A stretch of DNA of 64,000 nt, from contig CBDBDQ010000005.1 of assembly GCA_965203905.1 (NCBI GenBank), forward strand, positions 3,456,001-3,520,000. Direction: 5' to 3'. This DNA is from Spirochaetia bacterium (GTDB taxonomy: Bacteria; Spirochaetota; Spirochaetia; SZUA-6; Bin103). How positions within the stretch are numbered: position 1 is the first letter of the stretch; every line of letters starts with the position of its first letter. The notes beneath the pieces are model-generated. The model worked only from the letters and a program-made list of their open reading frames with translations. It had not been told where the DNA came from and searched no databases. The position numbers were made by a program, and so were the translations under genes. Below are positions 10,601 to 20,193 of the stretch, in pieces.

Positions 10601-12722
10601 CGCGGGTGACGAGTTGCGACTCCTCCAGCCAGGCGACGGCGGTGCGCACCCGGGTGTCGTCGGTCGCGGAGTCGCGTTCGAATGCCTTCTCCTCGTCCTC
10701 CCCGAGGATCTCGCCGGCGGTCGCCACCACGTCCCCGTCGAAGCGCTTCTTCCGGTCGAGATTGCGCAGCGCTCTCAGGATCCCGTGGATCTCCGCACGG
10801 GTGAGACGCGAGCGTGCCGACATGCCGAACTGGCGCTCGACGTCGTCCGCCGCATAGAGAAGAACGCAACGCGCCGGATCGCGGTCTCGCCCCGCGCGGC
10901 CGGCTTCCTGCAGGTAATTCTCCAGCGAGCCCGGTATGTCGGCGTGGACGACCAGCCGCACGTCGGGCTTGTCGATACCCATCCCGAAGGCGTTGGTGGC
11001 CGCTATCGCGCGCAACTCGCCGGCGATGAAGCGCCGCTGCACCTCCTTCTTCGTCTCCGGAGGCAGGCCCGCGTGGAAACGGTCCGCGGCGACGCCCTTC
11101 AACTGAAGGTATTCCGCGACGTCCTCGCTCTGCTGCCGCGTGGCGCAGTAGACGATCGCGCCGCCCGGCGCGTCGGGCGGCAGATGGGACGTCAGGACCT
11201 GGAGGATGTCCGGGAACTTCTCTCCTCCCGTGGTCGGGATCACCTCGAAGGCGAGATTGGCGCGTTCCGCGCCGCCGTCGGACACGGCCAGTTCGATGTC
11301 GAGTTCGTCCCGAAAGTGCCGGGCGATGTCCCCGACGACATCGGGTTTGGCGGTCGCGGTCAGGCACAGGATCGGAGGTAGCGATCCGTCACCTGCTCTC
11401 TCGCGGATGAAACGTCCCACATAGCGGTAGTCGGGCCGGAAGTCGTGGCCCCAGCGCGACAGGCAGTGCGCCTCGTCCAGCACCCAGGTGCCGATCTCGC
11501 GCTGGTCCAGAACCCGCCGCAGGGAGCGCGAGCGCAACTGCTCCGGCGAGATCAACAGGATGCCGGCGTCTCCCAGCCGGATCCGGTCCAAAGCGTCGCT
11601 CCGCTCCGGCATCGACAGCAGCCCGTTGACGGTCACGCAGCAGCCGATGCCGCGCTGCTCCAGCCCAGCCACCTGGTCCGCCATCAGCGCGACCAGGGGC
11701 GATATCACGACCGTCAGCGCACCGGTCTTGTCGTAGCGCGACAGCGCGGGGATCTGGTAGCAGAGCGACTTCCCCGCCCCGGTGGGCAAGATGCCCAGAG
11801 CATGTCTTCCCGCCATCGCCTCCTCGACGATGGCCTGCTGCATGGGCCTGCCGTCGGCATCCGCCGGTTCGGGACGAAAACCGTCGTACCCGAACCAGCG
11901 TTTCAGCTCCCTGCCCGCGTCATGGCGCCACCGGCACCAGCCGCAGGCCGGATCCGTGCACGCGGTGTCCCTGAGGCGGCGCACCAGTCGCCCGGCTAGC
12001 GGAAACTGGTGGCGCACCCAGGGCGGCATCACCGAGTTGCCGCCCGCCACGGACAGCCATGCCAGGGCATAGGCCAGCGCCCAGCCGAGCCTCTCCGCAT
12101 TCGCGACGACCGCGCCCGCTTGGGTTGTGCAGGCGGCATTCACCAGTCTCCGGTCAATCGCCGCCATGGCCTCGGCCCGAGATGGACGGCGCGCTCGTCG
12201 AGCCTGCCGGAAGAATTCGTCCAGAGCGCGGTCCGTGCCGGTGGCATCCGGCGTGCACAACCAGTGCCATGCGGCGAGCAGATCCGGTGCGGCCTTCGCC
12301 AAGGCCTCGCGCTCGTCGCCGAAGAGTTTCAGCGCCATGCGGGAGTCGAGCTCGGGATCGTTCACCCGGCCGCGTTTGAGACCGCCGTCCTGATGATGTT
12401 TGACGAGGTTGTGATAGGGATTGCGGGGGAAGGCGAGCGGGCTGAGACGCAGCGTGTCCACCGCCGGCAGCTTCAGCAGCCGGAGGTCTGGCTTCGCCGC
12501 CATCAGGTGGGGCAGGTCGAAGGCAATCAGATTGTGTCCCAGCACGACGGACGCGCCCTCAGCGAAATCGTCGAGCCTCGCCAGAGCGGCGAGCAATTCG
12601 CCGCCGGAATGGACCATGCTCCGGCCGGTATCCGCTCGAATCGCCCCCAGGGCACGAATTCGGTTGTCCCTGCCGACTTCCAGATCCAGGGAGAGGCAAC
12701 TTGGCGGAGAAATCGAATCCAC
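7614..12722 (-). CDS. Large fusion: DEDD-like exonuclease domain + RecQ (SF2) helicase + UvrD/Rep (SF1) helicase
   Basis: LDLE / GHNLIAFD / DPELD; PTGAGKS, DEAH, ATNAFGMGIDKPDVR; GPGSGKT, DEYQD, GDDDQNIYAF, TAHRAKGLEFD, YVAMTRA; start uncertain (GTG 12722; ORF open to 12932). Confidence 0.88.
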   Translation of the reverse strand: MDSISPPSCLSLDLEVGRDNRIRALGAIRADTGRSMVHSGGELLAALARLDDFAEGASVVLGHNLIAFDLPHLMAAKPDLRLLKLPAVDTLRLSPLAFPRNPYHNLVKHHQDGGLKRGRVNDPELDSRMALKLFGDEREALAKAAPDLLAAWHWLCTPDATGTDRALDEFFRQARRARRPSRAEAMAAIDRRLVNAACTTQAGAVVANAERLGWALAYALAWLSVAGGNSVMPPWVRHQFPLAGRLVRRLRDTACTDPACGWCRWRHDAGRELKRWFGYDGFRPEPADADGRPMQQAIVEEAMAGRHALGILPTGAGKSLCYQIPALSRYDKTGALTVVISPLVALMADQVAGLEQRGIGCCVTVNGLLSMPERSDALDRIRLGDAGILLISPEQLRSRSLRRVLDQREIGTWVLDEAHCLSRWGHDFRPDYRYVGRFIRERAGDGSLPPILCLTATAKPDVVGDIARHFRDELDIELAVSDGGAERANLAFEVIPTTGGEKFPDILQVLTSHLPPDAPGGAIVYCATRQQSEDVAEYLQLKGVAADRFHAGLPPETKKEVQRRFIAGELRAIAATNAFGMGIDKPDVRLVVHADIPGSLENYLQEAGRAGRDRDPARCVLLYAADDVERQFGMSARSRLTRAEIHGILRALRNLDRKKRFDGDVVATAGEILGEDEEKAFERDSATDDTRVRTAVAWLEESQLVTREENVVQVFPSSLRVSTVDEAERRLANATIAAAYRRQLLLVAEALIGADADEGVSTDELMEISGLSPERVRGALYDLERFGIASNDTALTAFLHTGVDRSSRKRLREAAALETALIDHMQEAAPDLGKGDSSSLHLRVAAQVLRDQGLADPLPERLFRIVRGIAFDGRGEEDGAAGSLSVRKRDAETAWITLRREWGALKKTAELRREAAGRLLEHLLDCLPSGIRGTDLLAETTLGKLLQAIESDLVLKSTVRNPAKLLDRALLWLHELEVIRLNKGLAVFRPAMKIRLERRDRRGFSRADFEPLALHYQGQVLQIHVMVEFAERGLAAMSEALRLAMDYFALTEEEFLARWLPGRDREIGRQTTPASWRAIVESLGNPVQQRIVADERERTNVLVLAGPGSGKTRVLVHRIAWLIRVRRENARGILALAYNRHAAVDVRRRLTEMIGDDARGVTVLTCHALAMRLAGQSFTGRSERPDDATFRNVMRRAVALLRGEELSPEEADERRERLLAGFRWILVDEYQDVGREQYELISALAGRTLEDDAGKLTLFAVGDDDQNIYAFNGASVEFIRRFEADYGPKPAYLAANYRSTARIVAAANAVIEPARNRMKAGHPIRVDRAREKDPPGGEWAALDPVSRGRVQILPAGGDPVVQAVAVMAELLRLSGLAQEWDWSRCAVIAREWEYLVPVRAFCETHDLPVQVANEEIPSFWRLRETRAFLEWLRGRQTRMVDGASLRAWADARPSDPWHDLLRQSVEEHALETGGGETPVDHFIEWLAEWGRDTRRRQRGLLLLTAHRAKGLEFDHVAVLDGGWDRVGRDEDPGAPRRLYYVAMTRARHTLTLARLDGSLDVHAELVDHPATILREAAELPPCSEAVEYRHVRPTLQEVDLGFAGRRRAGDQLHGAITALSIGDPLDVRVGADGRWTLRDRAGRTVGRLAGSFRPPSGSRCRSAEVFSVVGWSREASDPKYRDAMKCDTWEVVVPELVFEPDR

Positions 12723-12732
12723 ACTTACCCAC

Positions 12733-12999
12733 TCAGGTTGCAGGCGCCAAGCGCTCAACCTTGATGCGGTACCTCCTTCTTTGCATGGGCCATGTATCCG
12801 CCCCCCGCGCCCCGCCGCACGCCTTGTCCAGGCGAATCGCCATCTGCGGGGAATCCCCGAACGGCAGTTGACAACATCCGACAGATGCTTGCGGCTTGAC
12901 CCCAAGCTCACGCGCCGCTTGAGTGACACCAAGCCCCAGGAGCTCCAGGTAATCGTGTCGCACCGACAGTCCGGGATGGGGTGGGTTTTTCATCGGCAC
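12733..12999 (-). pseudogene. higA: HigA (addiction-module antidote) antitoxin, frameshifted
   Basis: MPMKNPPHPGLSVRHDYLELLGLGVTQAARELGV...SPQMAIRLDKA...ADTW; AGGAGG RBS; degenerate middle. Confidence 0.7.
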
Positions 13000-13015
13000 A
13001 GCTCGATCCTCCTAT

Positions 13016-13098
13016 AGTAGTGATCGTCAATCAGATCCACATCTCTGACCTCGCTGCCGTCGAAACGGAAGACGATGCGCCAGTTGCCGGACACGCGG
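13016..13098 (-). pseudogene. higB: HigB (plasmid-killer/RelE-like) toxin C-terminal remnant
   Basis: RVSGNWRIVFRFDGSEVRDVDLIDDH immediately upstream of higA. Confidence 0.7.
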
Positions 13099-13334
13099 GA
13101 CCGCCCAGTACGCCGCGAAATCTCGCTTCGGGGGATACAGTCGGAACGCCGGAAGATTCCCTGCTCGACCCGCGGCTCAGAGATGCCGCAGGCGGCTCGA
13201 CGCGCACCGTGCCCAGCAGCAGGTCCATCGAGCCGTACGATTCTGACCGTGCAACGAGTCCGCGGGCGGCACGCGTCAAAGAGAGTGCTGGCGTCCCGGT
13301 TTCGTGCCGTCGCGCGGTGCGGTAGGATGCGCCG

Positions 13335-14883
13335 GTGACCAGGCGCAGACTGCCGATCGGCATTCAGACGTTCAGCAAGCTGCGGGAGCAGGACTGCTAC
13401 TACGTCGACAAGACGCACTTCATCGAACGTCTGCTCCACGAGGGCACCCACTACTTCCTGTCGCGTCCCCGCCGGTCGGCAAGAGCCTGTTCCTGGACAC
13501 GCTGAAGGAACTGTTCGAAGGCAACGAACCGCTGTTCAGGGATCTCCACGTGCACGACCGCTGGAACTGGTCGGAACGCTGCCCGGTGGTGCGGCTGGAC
13601 TTCGCCGGCGGCAGCTTCAAGGAACCGGGGAGTCTGAACGAGGACGTGATGCTCCAACTGGAGTACCTGGAAGAGACGGCGGGTGTTCCGGCGCGCGAGG
13701 TGGGCGCGCCGGGACGCTTTCGTCGACTTCTGCAAGCCATGCATCGGCCAGACCGGGCAGCGGGTCGCCGTGCTGGTTGACGAGTACGACAAGCCGATCC
13801 TCGATGCGCTCGCCAACCCGGAGATGGCAGTCGCCAACCGCGACTTCCTGCGCGGCTTCTACGGCATGATCAAGTCGAGCGACGCCCACGTACGGTTCAC
13901 GTTCGTGACGGGAGTGAGCAAATTCACCAAGGTGAGCCTGTTTTCGGACCTGAACAATCTCACCGACATCACACTTGATCCCGTGTACTCGTCGATCTGC
14001 GGTTACACGGAGGACGACCTGGACGTGGTGTTCGCGCCCGAGCTCGGCGGAGTGGACCGGGAGCGGGTGCGTGAATGGTACAACGGCTATAACTGGCGCG
14101 GTGCCGACAAGGTGTACAACCCGTACGACGTACTGCTGCTGTTGCGCCGGCGCGAATTCGATGCGCACTGGTTCGAGACTGGTACCCCGGCGTTCCTGGT
14201 GGACAAGCTGTTCGAACGCCGCGTCTCGTCAGTGTCACTCGACGGAATGCTGGGTACCGAGGATGTGCTGTCGGCGTTCGACGTAAACAAGATCGGGACG
14301 GAAGCATTGCTGTTCCAGACTGGCTACCTGACTATCATCGCCGAAGAGCGGCTGGGCGGCGCGGCGCTGTACCGGCTCGGCCATCCCAACCGCGAAGTGC
14401 GCGAAAGCCTGAACCGGGTGCTGCTGCGCCACCTGGTGCAGGACACGGCGCAGCAGACCGCCAACAGCATCCGCCTGGCGCGCCTGCTGGAGGCACCCGA
14501 CTGGGCGGGCATGAAGGAGCTGTTCCACGCCTTCTTCGCCAGCATTCCCTACCAATGGTACACGGGCAACCACATCGCCGATTACGAGGGCTTCCATGCC
14601 AGCGTGTTCTACTCCTACTTCGCCGCCCTCGGCTACGACATCGCGGTGGAGGAGTCGAGCAGCCACGGGCGCCTGGACATGGCCGTGCGCGCCGCCGGCC
14701 ACGTCTACCTGTTCGAGTTCAAAGTGGCCGAGATGGCCCCCCCCCGGCTCCGCCCTCGCCCAGCTGCAGCAGCGCCGCTACGCCGACAAGTACCGCGCCG
14801 CCGGCGCCCCCATCCATCTCATCGGCGTCGAGTTCAGCCGCGACACCCGCAACATCACCGCCTTCGAGACCGCCGACGCCTGA
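13335..14883 (+). pseudogene. AAA-ATPase-like protein with C-terminal PD-(D/E)XK nuclease domain; three frameshifts
   Basis: RRLPIGIQTF...YYVDKT, SRPRR(F)GKS, VLVDEYDKP, TGVSKF, GRLDM...FEFK, ALAQLQQRRYADKY; frame breaks ~13476, ~13745, ~14740. Confidence 0.85.
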
Positions 14884-14919
14884 CATCGGTTGCACGGCCG
14901 CGCAGGGGTGGGGGACTGT

Positions 14920-15535
14920 GTGGGCGTGATCAGGGTCGTGTTGACGGACCTCGATGGGGTGATTCGGCAGTGGCCGGCTCCTTTCGCACAGTCGATCGAG
15001 GACCGGTACGGACTGGGGCGGGGCAGTCTGGTTCGCGCGGCGTTCGATGAAACCATCCTGGGCGACGCGATCACCGGGCGCGTATCGGACTCCGAGTGGC
15101 GTGATCGCACGGCGGCTCGGATCGCACGCCGACCCGGCCACTGCCACCGCGGCGGTGAAGGCATGGTCGGCCAGCCCCGGGGTGGTGGAGCCGGCCGCTC
15201 TGGGTGTTCTTCAGAAGGCCCGGGCCGTGGCTGCTCTCGGCTTGGTCACCAATGCCACCAGCAGGCTTGCCGACGACCTCTCCCGGCTCGCCCTGGCCGA
15301 CGCGTTCGACTTCATCGTCAACTCTGCGGACATCGGCTGCGCCAAGCCATCGGCATGCTTCTACGAGCACGCGGCACGACGCTGCGGGTGTGACCGCGAC
15401 GAGGTTCTGTTCGTGGACGATCGTTTGGAGAACGTGGATGCCGCGACCCGGTTCGGATTCCGCGGACACCACTTCCGTGACCCTGTGACGTTGCAACGGG
15501 TGTTGCGCGAGTGCGGCGTGATCCGGGAGGCGTGA
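14920..15535 (+). pseudogene. HAD-family hydrolase, copy 2, frameshifted
   Basis: Highly similar to 26553-27167; about 5 bp missing near 15104. Confidence 0.85.
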
Positions 15536-15555
15536 ACGGGGTTGCGAGAGGTGCC

Positions 15556-15835
15556 GCTACTTCACGGTGGACACCCATCTCCGCCACCTCGACGAGGTGC
15601 GGGCGGGCGAATCGATTCGGGTCACCACCCAGCTCCTGGGCGGCGAAGGCAGCAGGCTGTACCTGTTTCACCGCCTGGAGAACGGCACCGGCAAGCTCGC
15701 CGCCACCGGCGAGCACCTCCTGTTGCACGTGAACCTGCGGACCCGGCGGAGCTGCCCGCCGGAACCGGAGGTTCACGTCCGGCTGACCCGACTGAGTGCG
15801 TGCCACGCCGGCCTGCCGTACCCGGTAGGGGGAGG
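15556..15835 (+). pseudogene. Thioesterase-domain fragment of carnitine dehydrogenase
   Basis: YFTVDTHLRHLDEVRAGESIRVTT...ATGEHLLLHVNL nearly identical to ~30535-30810. Confidence 0.85.
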
Positions 15836-15968
15836 CGCTACATCGGGCACGCAACTCCCGCGCGGGATCGTTGAGCGTTGCCCGAGGCCGTAGCCGCGAC
15901 AACTGCCGCAACCGTGAGGCTACGCGGCGCGGCTACGACCCCGCGGCTCGGTGGAGTGGCCTTGCGTA

Positions 15969-16495
15969 CTACTCGGCCAACAACTGCCGCGCCACGCGCT
16001 TCCGAGCAGCGTGAGCCTCCGTGTTGTCTATCAGCTCGGCCAACGTGTTCCGCTGTACGACTTCCGTATGGAGGAGCGCCCGACACAGCTCGAAGTCCTT
16101 CGGCCTGGCCGCCAGGGCCTTGGCAACCCACAGGTCCGCCGGCGAGCGACACCAGGCAACGACCCCGCCAGTCGCAGGTGTCACGAACCGAACGAGTCGT
16201 TGCTCCCAGCCGCGTGGCAGGAGGGCCGTCGTAACCGATACGCCATGCGCGTAGAAGCCGAAGGTCTCCTGAAAAACAGCGATGCTTCGCCGATCGAACC
16301 ATCGATCAGATCGGCCTTGCTGCCGTCGGAATCCTGGCGCAGCGCGACGTCCGCCGCCACCGAACGCATCGCCGCCGTGGGAATCTCCTTCTCGGTCCAG
16401 GCATGAACGGCCTGAGAACCGATGACGATCACCTCATGCTCGCCGGCGACGGCGGCGGCCGCCCGGATCGCATGCTCAAACTGGGCGCGGTTCAT
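15969..16495 (-). pseudogene. DUF6036-like nucleotidyltransferase (TA toxin candidate), frameshifted
   Basis: MNRAQFEHAIRAAA...VIVIGSQAV...IDGSIGEASLF / ETFGFYAHGV...DLWVAKALAARPKD; frame break in a T run at ~16272. Confidence 0.7.
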
Positions 16496-16995
16496 CGCCG
16501 CATCTCGTCGCGCCGGAACTCGAGGTACACGGCAGCGCGCTCCGCTGCACTCAGCACGCCGGCGAACGGAGTGACGTGACGCAGGTCGCGACCGTGCAGG
16601 CCTGGGTTGACCAGCGCATCCGCGAGTGCATCCGGCGAGCCCCGCAACAGGCGCTCCCACTCGTCGAGCAGCTCGGACGCGTGCGGGTGAATGCGGCGCA
16701 TGCGCGCGACATTCGCCCGCGCGCGGGCCAGCGTCTCGGCAGGAGCGACGCGCAGCCGATCGGCGATCCGTTCATGCAGGGCCAGGCTGCGGCGGTCTTC
16801 CCGCGTCAGGTGCGGAACGAACGCGACATGGACGCCGAGACCGGCGGCAGAGGCCAAGCGTTGCAGCGTGCGCAGGCTCGGACGCTTGGTTCCCGTCTCA
16901 TACGCAGCTATCGTTGGTTGCGAGGTGCCGGCCAACGCTGCCAGCGCGGCCTGCGTCAGACCGGTGATTCGCCGCAGCCGAGCGACCAGGTTCAT
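16492..16995 (-). CDS. XRE-family HTH protein (antitoxin partner)
   Basis: LRRITGLTQAALAALAGTSQPTIAAYETG; C-terminal LRHVTPFAGVLS; 4-bp overlap with downstream gene. Confidence 0.8.
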   Translation of the reverse strand: MNLVARLRRITGLTQAALAALAGTSQPTIAAYETGTKRPSLRTLQRLASAAGLGVHVAFVPHLTREDRRSLALHERIADRLRVAPAETLARARANVARMRRIHPHASELLDEWERLLRGSPDALADALVNPGLHGRDLRHVTPFAGVLSAAERAAVYLEFRRDEMRR

Positions 16996-17003
16996 GCCAG
17001 TAG

Positions 17004-17021
17004 TATATCCACTTGGATATA
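17004..17021 (-). promoter_or_regulatory. Inverted-repeat operator overlapping a -10 box; probably leaderless transcript
   Basis: tatatccacttggatata palindrome; TATACT lies 6 nt before the ATG on the minus strand. Confidence 0.6.
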
Positions 17022-17037
17022 ATCTGGGCCACCGCCT

Positions 17038-17087
17038 GGGCATCGGCGGAAGCCGCGTGATCAGAGGAGCCGTCATCGGCACCAAGG
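17038..17087 (+). pseudogene. About 50-bp relic of an OppC-type permease
   Basis: GIGGSRVIRGAVIGTK versus GIGGARVIRGAVIGIK in 50859-51851. Confidence 0.55.
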
Positions 17088-17185
17088 GCATCTCGGCGGC
17101 TGATCGCGTCGTTCGGCGGGCGTCATGCTACACTCCACGAAAGGCGCCGGGCCAACCCCAAGCGTCGTCAACGAGGGTCGCAACC

Positions 17186-18267
17186 ATGCGTTCGTTCAAC
17201 ACTGCCGGTCCCGTCAAGCCCGACAAGCACTATTGCATCCCGCCGCTTGAGCGCATCGATCTGGACGACGTTCTTCGGCTGGTGCGAGACGAGCAGTACT
17301 TCGTGCTGCACGCGCCGCGGCAGACCGGCAAGAGTCGGCGCTGCTGGCGCTGGCCGAGGTGCTGAACGGGGGCGGCTACCGGTGCGTGTACGTTACGTTC
17401 GAGACCGCCCGCACCGCGCGCGACGACGTGCAACGGGCAATGCGCTCAGTCCTCGTCAGGCTGGCGTCGCAGGCGCGGGCGACGCTGGACGACGGCTTTC
17501 TGGACGACATCTGGCCGGACATTCTGGCGCGGGTCGGTGCGGACGAAGCACTGGGTGAAGCGCTGTCTCGTTGGGCGCAGGCGTCGCCGGGACCGCTGGT
17601 GCTGCTGATCGACGAGATCGACACGCTGGTGGGCGATTCGCTGCTGTCGGTGCTTCAGCAGCTCCGCGCCGGCTACCCCGGGCGCCCGGAGCGCTTCCCG
17701 CACAGCGTGGTCCTGTGCGGCATGCGCGACCTGCGCGACTACCGCATGGGCGCTGCCGGCAGCCCGTTCAACATCGCCGCCGAGTCGCTGCGGCTGGGCG
17801 ACTTCACGCGCGAGCAGACGCAAGCGCTGCTGGGCCAGCACACGGAGCAGACCGGCCAGGCGTTCGCATCGGAGGCGCTGGAGGCGGTGTGGACACAGAC
17901 CCGCGGCCAGCCTTGGCTGGTGAACGCGCTCGCGCACGAGACCTGCTTCAAGAACAGGGCCATGCGGGAAGACCGCTCGCGCACGGTGACCGCCGACGAC
18001 ATCGCGGCGGCACGCGAGGAACTGATCGTGAACCGCGTGACGCACCTGGACTACCTGGCGGACAAGCTGCGCGAGGACCGCGTGCGGCGGGTGATCGAGC
18101 CGATGCTGAGCGGCACGGAGCGGCATACCTTCACGGACCGCGATGTAGGGTACGTGCGCGACCTCGGGCTGGTGGCCCGCGACGCGCCGCTGCGGGTGGC
18201 CAACCCGATCTACGCCGAAGTGCTGCCGCGCGAATTGACCATAGCACTCAGCGCTGCTACCAGTTGA
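17186..18267 (+). pseudogene. AAA-like-domain ATPase, frameshifted and probably 3'-truncated
   Basis: MRSFNTAGPV...HAPRQTGK|SALLAL (1-nt loss ~17333), LLIDEID, SPFNI, TRGQPWLVNAL, ANPIYAEVLPREL then abrupt end. Confidence 0.8.
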
Positions 18268-18555
18268 CGCAACCGGTGCCCCGCCCCGGGCAGCCTAAGG
18301 AGCCTAAGTCTCGTAAATCTCTCAAACGTAAACAGTAACACCAACCACACGGCTCTGTCGCCGGGCTCCGCCGCGGGCGCCGGCCGGCGCAGCCCGCTAC
18401 CCGCCATCTCCAATCACCCGGCGTTGCCGGACATGGGAACCAGCTACCGGCGAGCCGCCGCCACGCCTGAGGTCGGCGTGCGCCCGCGACCGTCCGGATC
18501 GCGAACGAGGGGGCCCGTTGAGAGGTAACCCACGCCGCGGGCCGCGGTCGGCGCC

Positions 18556-19667
18556 GGGCGGCGCGCTTCCTCCTCAACGGCTGGGACGTGGCGGTGTTCG
18601 ATCCCGCGACCGATGCGGAACGGCGGCTGCGGGTGGTAGTGGACGATGCCGCCGCGGCCTGCCCGCGCTGTACGACCGCGCCTTGCCGGCGGAAGGTGCC
18701 CTAATGTGGTGCCCTAATGTGGTGCCCGACCGTGGCAGCCGCGGTCACCGACGCCGACTGGATCCAGGAGAGCGTGCCCGAGCGGCTGCCCGCCAAGCAC
18801 CGGGTGCTGGAAGAGATACAGCGCCATGCGCCTCGGCAGGCGCTGGTGGCGTCCTCTACCTCGGGCTTCACACCTACCGAGCTGCAGCGCGGCGCCCGCT
18901 TTCCGGAACAGATCCTGGTGTGTCACCCGTTCCACCCGGTGTACCTCCTGCCGCTGGTGGAGGTGGTGGCCTCGGCGGCGACGGCGGCGCCGCCTCTTGA
19001 CCGTGCCATCGAACTGCTGCGGGGGATCGGCATGCATCCGTTGCATATCCGCAAGGAGATCGCCGCCCACGTCGCCGACCGGCTGCTGGAGGCGGTGTGG
19101 CGCGAGTCGCTGTGGCTGGTTCGGGACGAGATCGCCACCACCGGCGAGATCGACGACGCGATCCGATATGGCTTCGGCTTGCGCTGGGCACAGATGGGAC
19201 TGTTCGAGAGCTATCGGATCGCCGGCGGCGCGGCCGGAATGAAGCACTTCATCGCGCAGTTCGGGCCGGCCCTGCAGTGGGACTGGTCACGGCTGACCGA
19301 CGTGCCGGAGTTGACCGACGAGCTGGTGGAGCGCATCGCGCAGCAGTCCGAGCGCCAGTCAGGCCGGTACGACCTGCGCCAACTGGAACGCATGCGGGAC
19401 GACAACCTGGTTGCCATCCTGCGTGCCCTGAAGCAGAACGGCCACGGTGCCGGCAGCGCGATCGCGTACCATGAGCGCGGCTTGGGGCAGCCCGAGTCCG
19501 GCGCCGGCGCGCTCCCGGTCACCGTAGCTAGGCAGATCCCACGGAGCTGGACCGACTACAACGGGCACATGAACGAAGCCCATTACCTGGAGCTGTTCGC
19601 ACAGGCCAGCGCCCGCCACTCCGCGCTGCCCTGGCCCGAAGGCGCCGGACGCTCCGTCGGACAGTAG
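18556..19667 (+). pseudogene. Decayed copy of carnitine 3-dehydrogenase
   Basis: Near-identical to 29440-30830; lacks start and GxGxxG, has a 13-bp tandem duplication (ggtgccctaatgt x2, ~18695-18720) and a ~290-bp deletion in the thioesterase domain. Confidence 0.9.
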
Positions 19668-20054
19668 GGCCGACGAGGAGGCCATCAATGGCACACGCCA
19701 TTTCCCGACTGCCCACAACCGCCATGCCCGTTGCTCGTTGGGGCTACTGCTGTCCTGCGCTTGGATGATGGAACCGTGCGGCCGATCCGTTACCTCCCTT
19801 GGAAGCGCGGCGTACTTCTCAACTGGCCCTGAGCTTACCGGTCCGTGCCCCACGGGCTCTCGCTCACTGTCGTCAAACGCCTCCCAGAGCTGTTCCTCCG
19901 ACCGTTGCCGGTGGCGGTTAGGCCGATTGAGTACCGCTCGGGCTTCATGATTTGCCGTGCTGCCGGGGACGTACCTCGTTCCGGCGCTTCGTCGCAATCG
20001 CGCGATACACCGCGCTCGGATGAGACGCCCGCTGCACGCTCCCGGAGTTCTCGG

Positions 20055-20187
20055 AGAGGCGTTGCCGATACTTTGCCAGATCCTCGTCCGTTACGGCATC
20101 TGGCGGCACGAGCTGTTAGTGCTTCTCCGAAACGACGTTAATCTCGTCGCCATCCTGCTCAAACGCGAACAGCGCAACTGCTGTCAT
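20055..20187 (-). pseudogene. C-terminal remnant of a putative restriction endonuclease
   Basis: AVALFAFEQDGDEINVVSEKH*QLVPPDAVTDEDLAKYRQRL with in-frame TAA; recalled resemblance to endonucleases paired with the MTase family at 32557-33843. Confidence 0.5.
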
Positions 20188-20193
20188 TTTCAA

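Noticed and set aside
8506-11367. 953-aa minus-strand ORF and other long overlapping ORFs (e.g. 7884-9992, 47215-49674, 40338-42146)
   Set aside because: Arg/Gly/Pro-rich shadow frames of well-supported genes, expected at high GC
14737-14745. C9 tract as a phase-variation switch for the nuclease C-terminus
   Set aside because: The gene has two other upstream frameshifts, and homopolymer errors are equally likely
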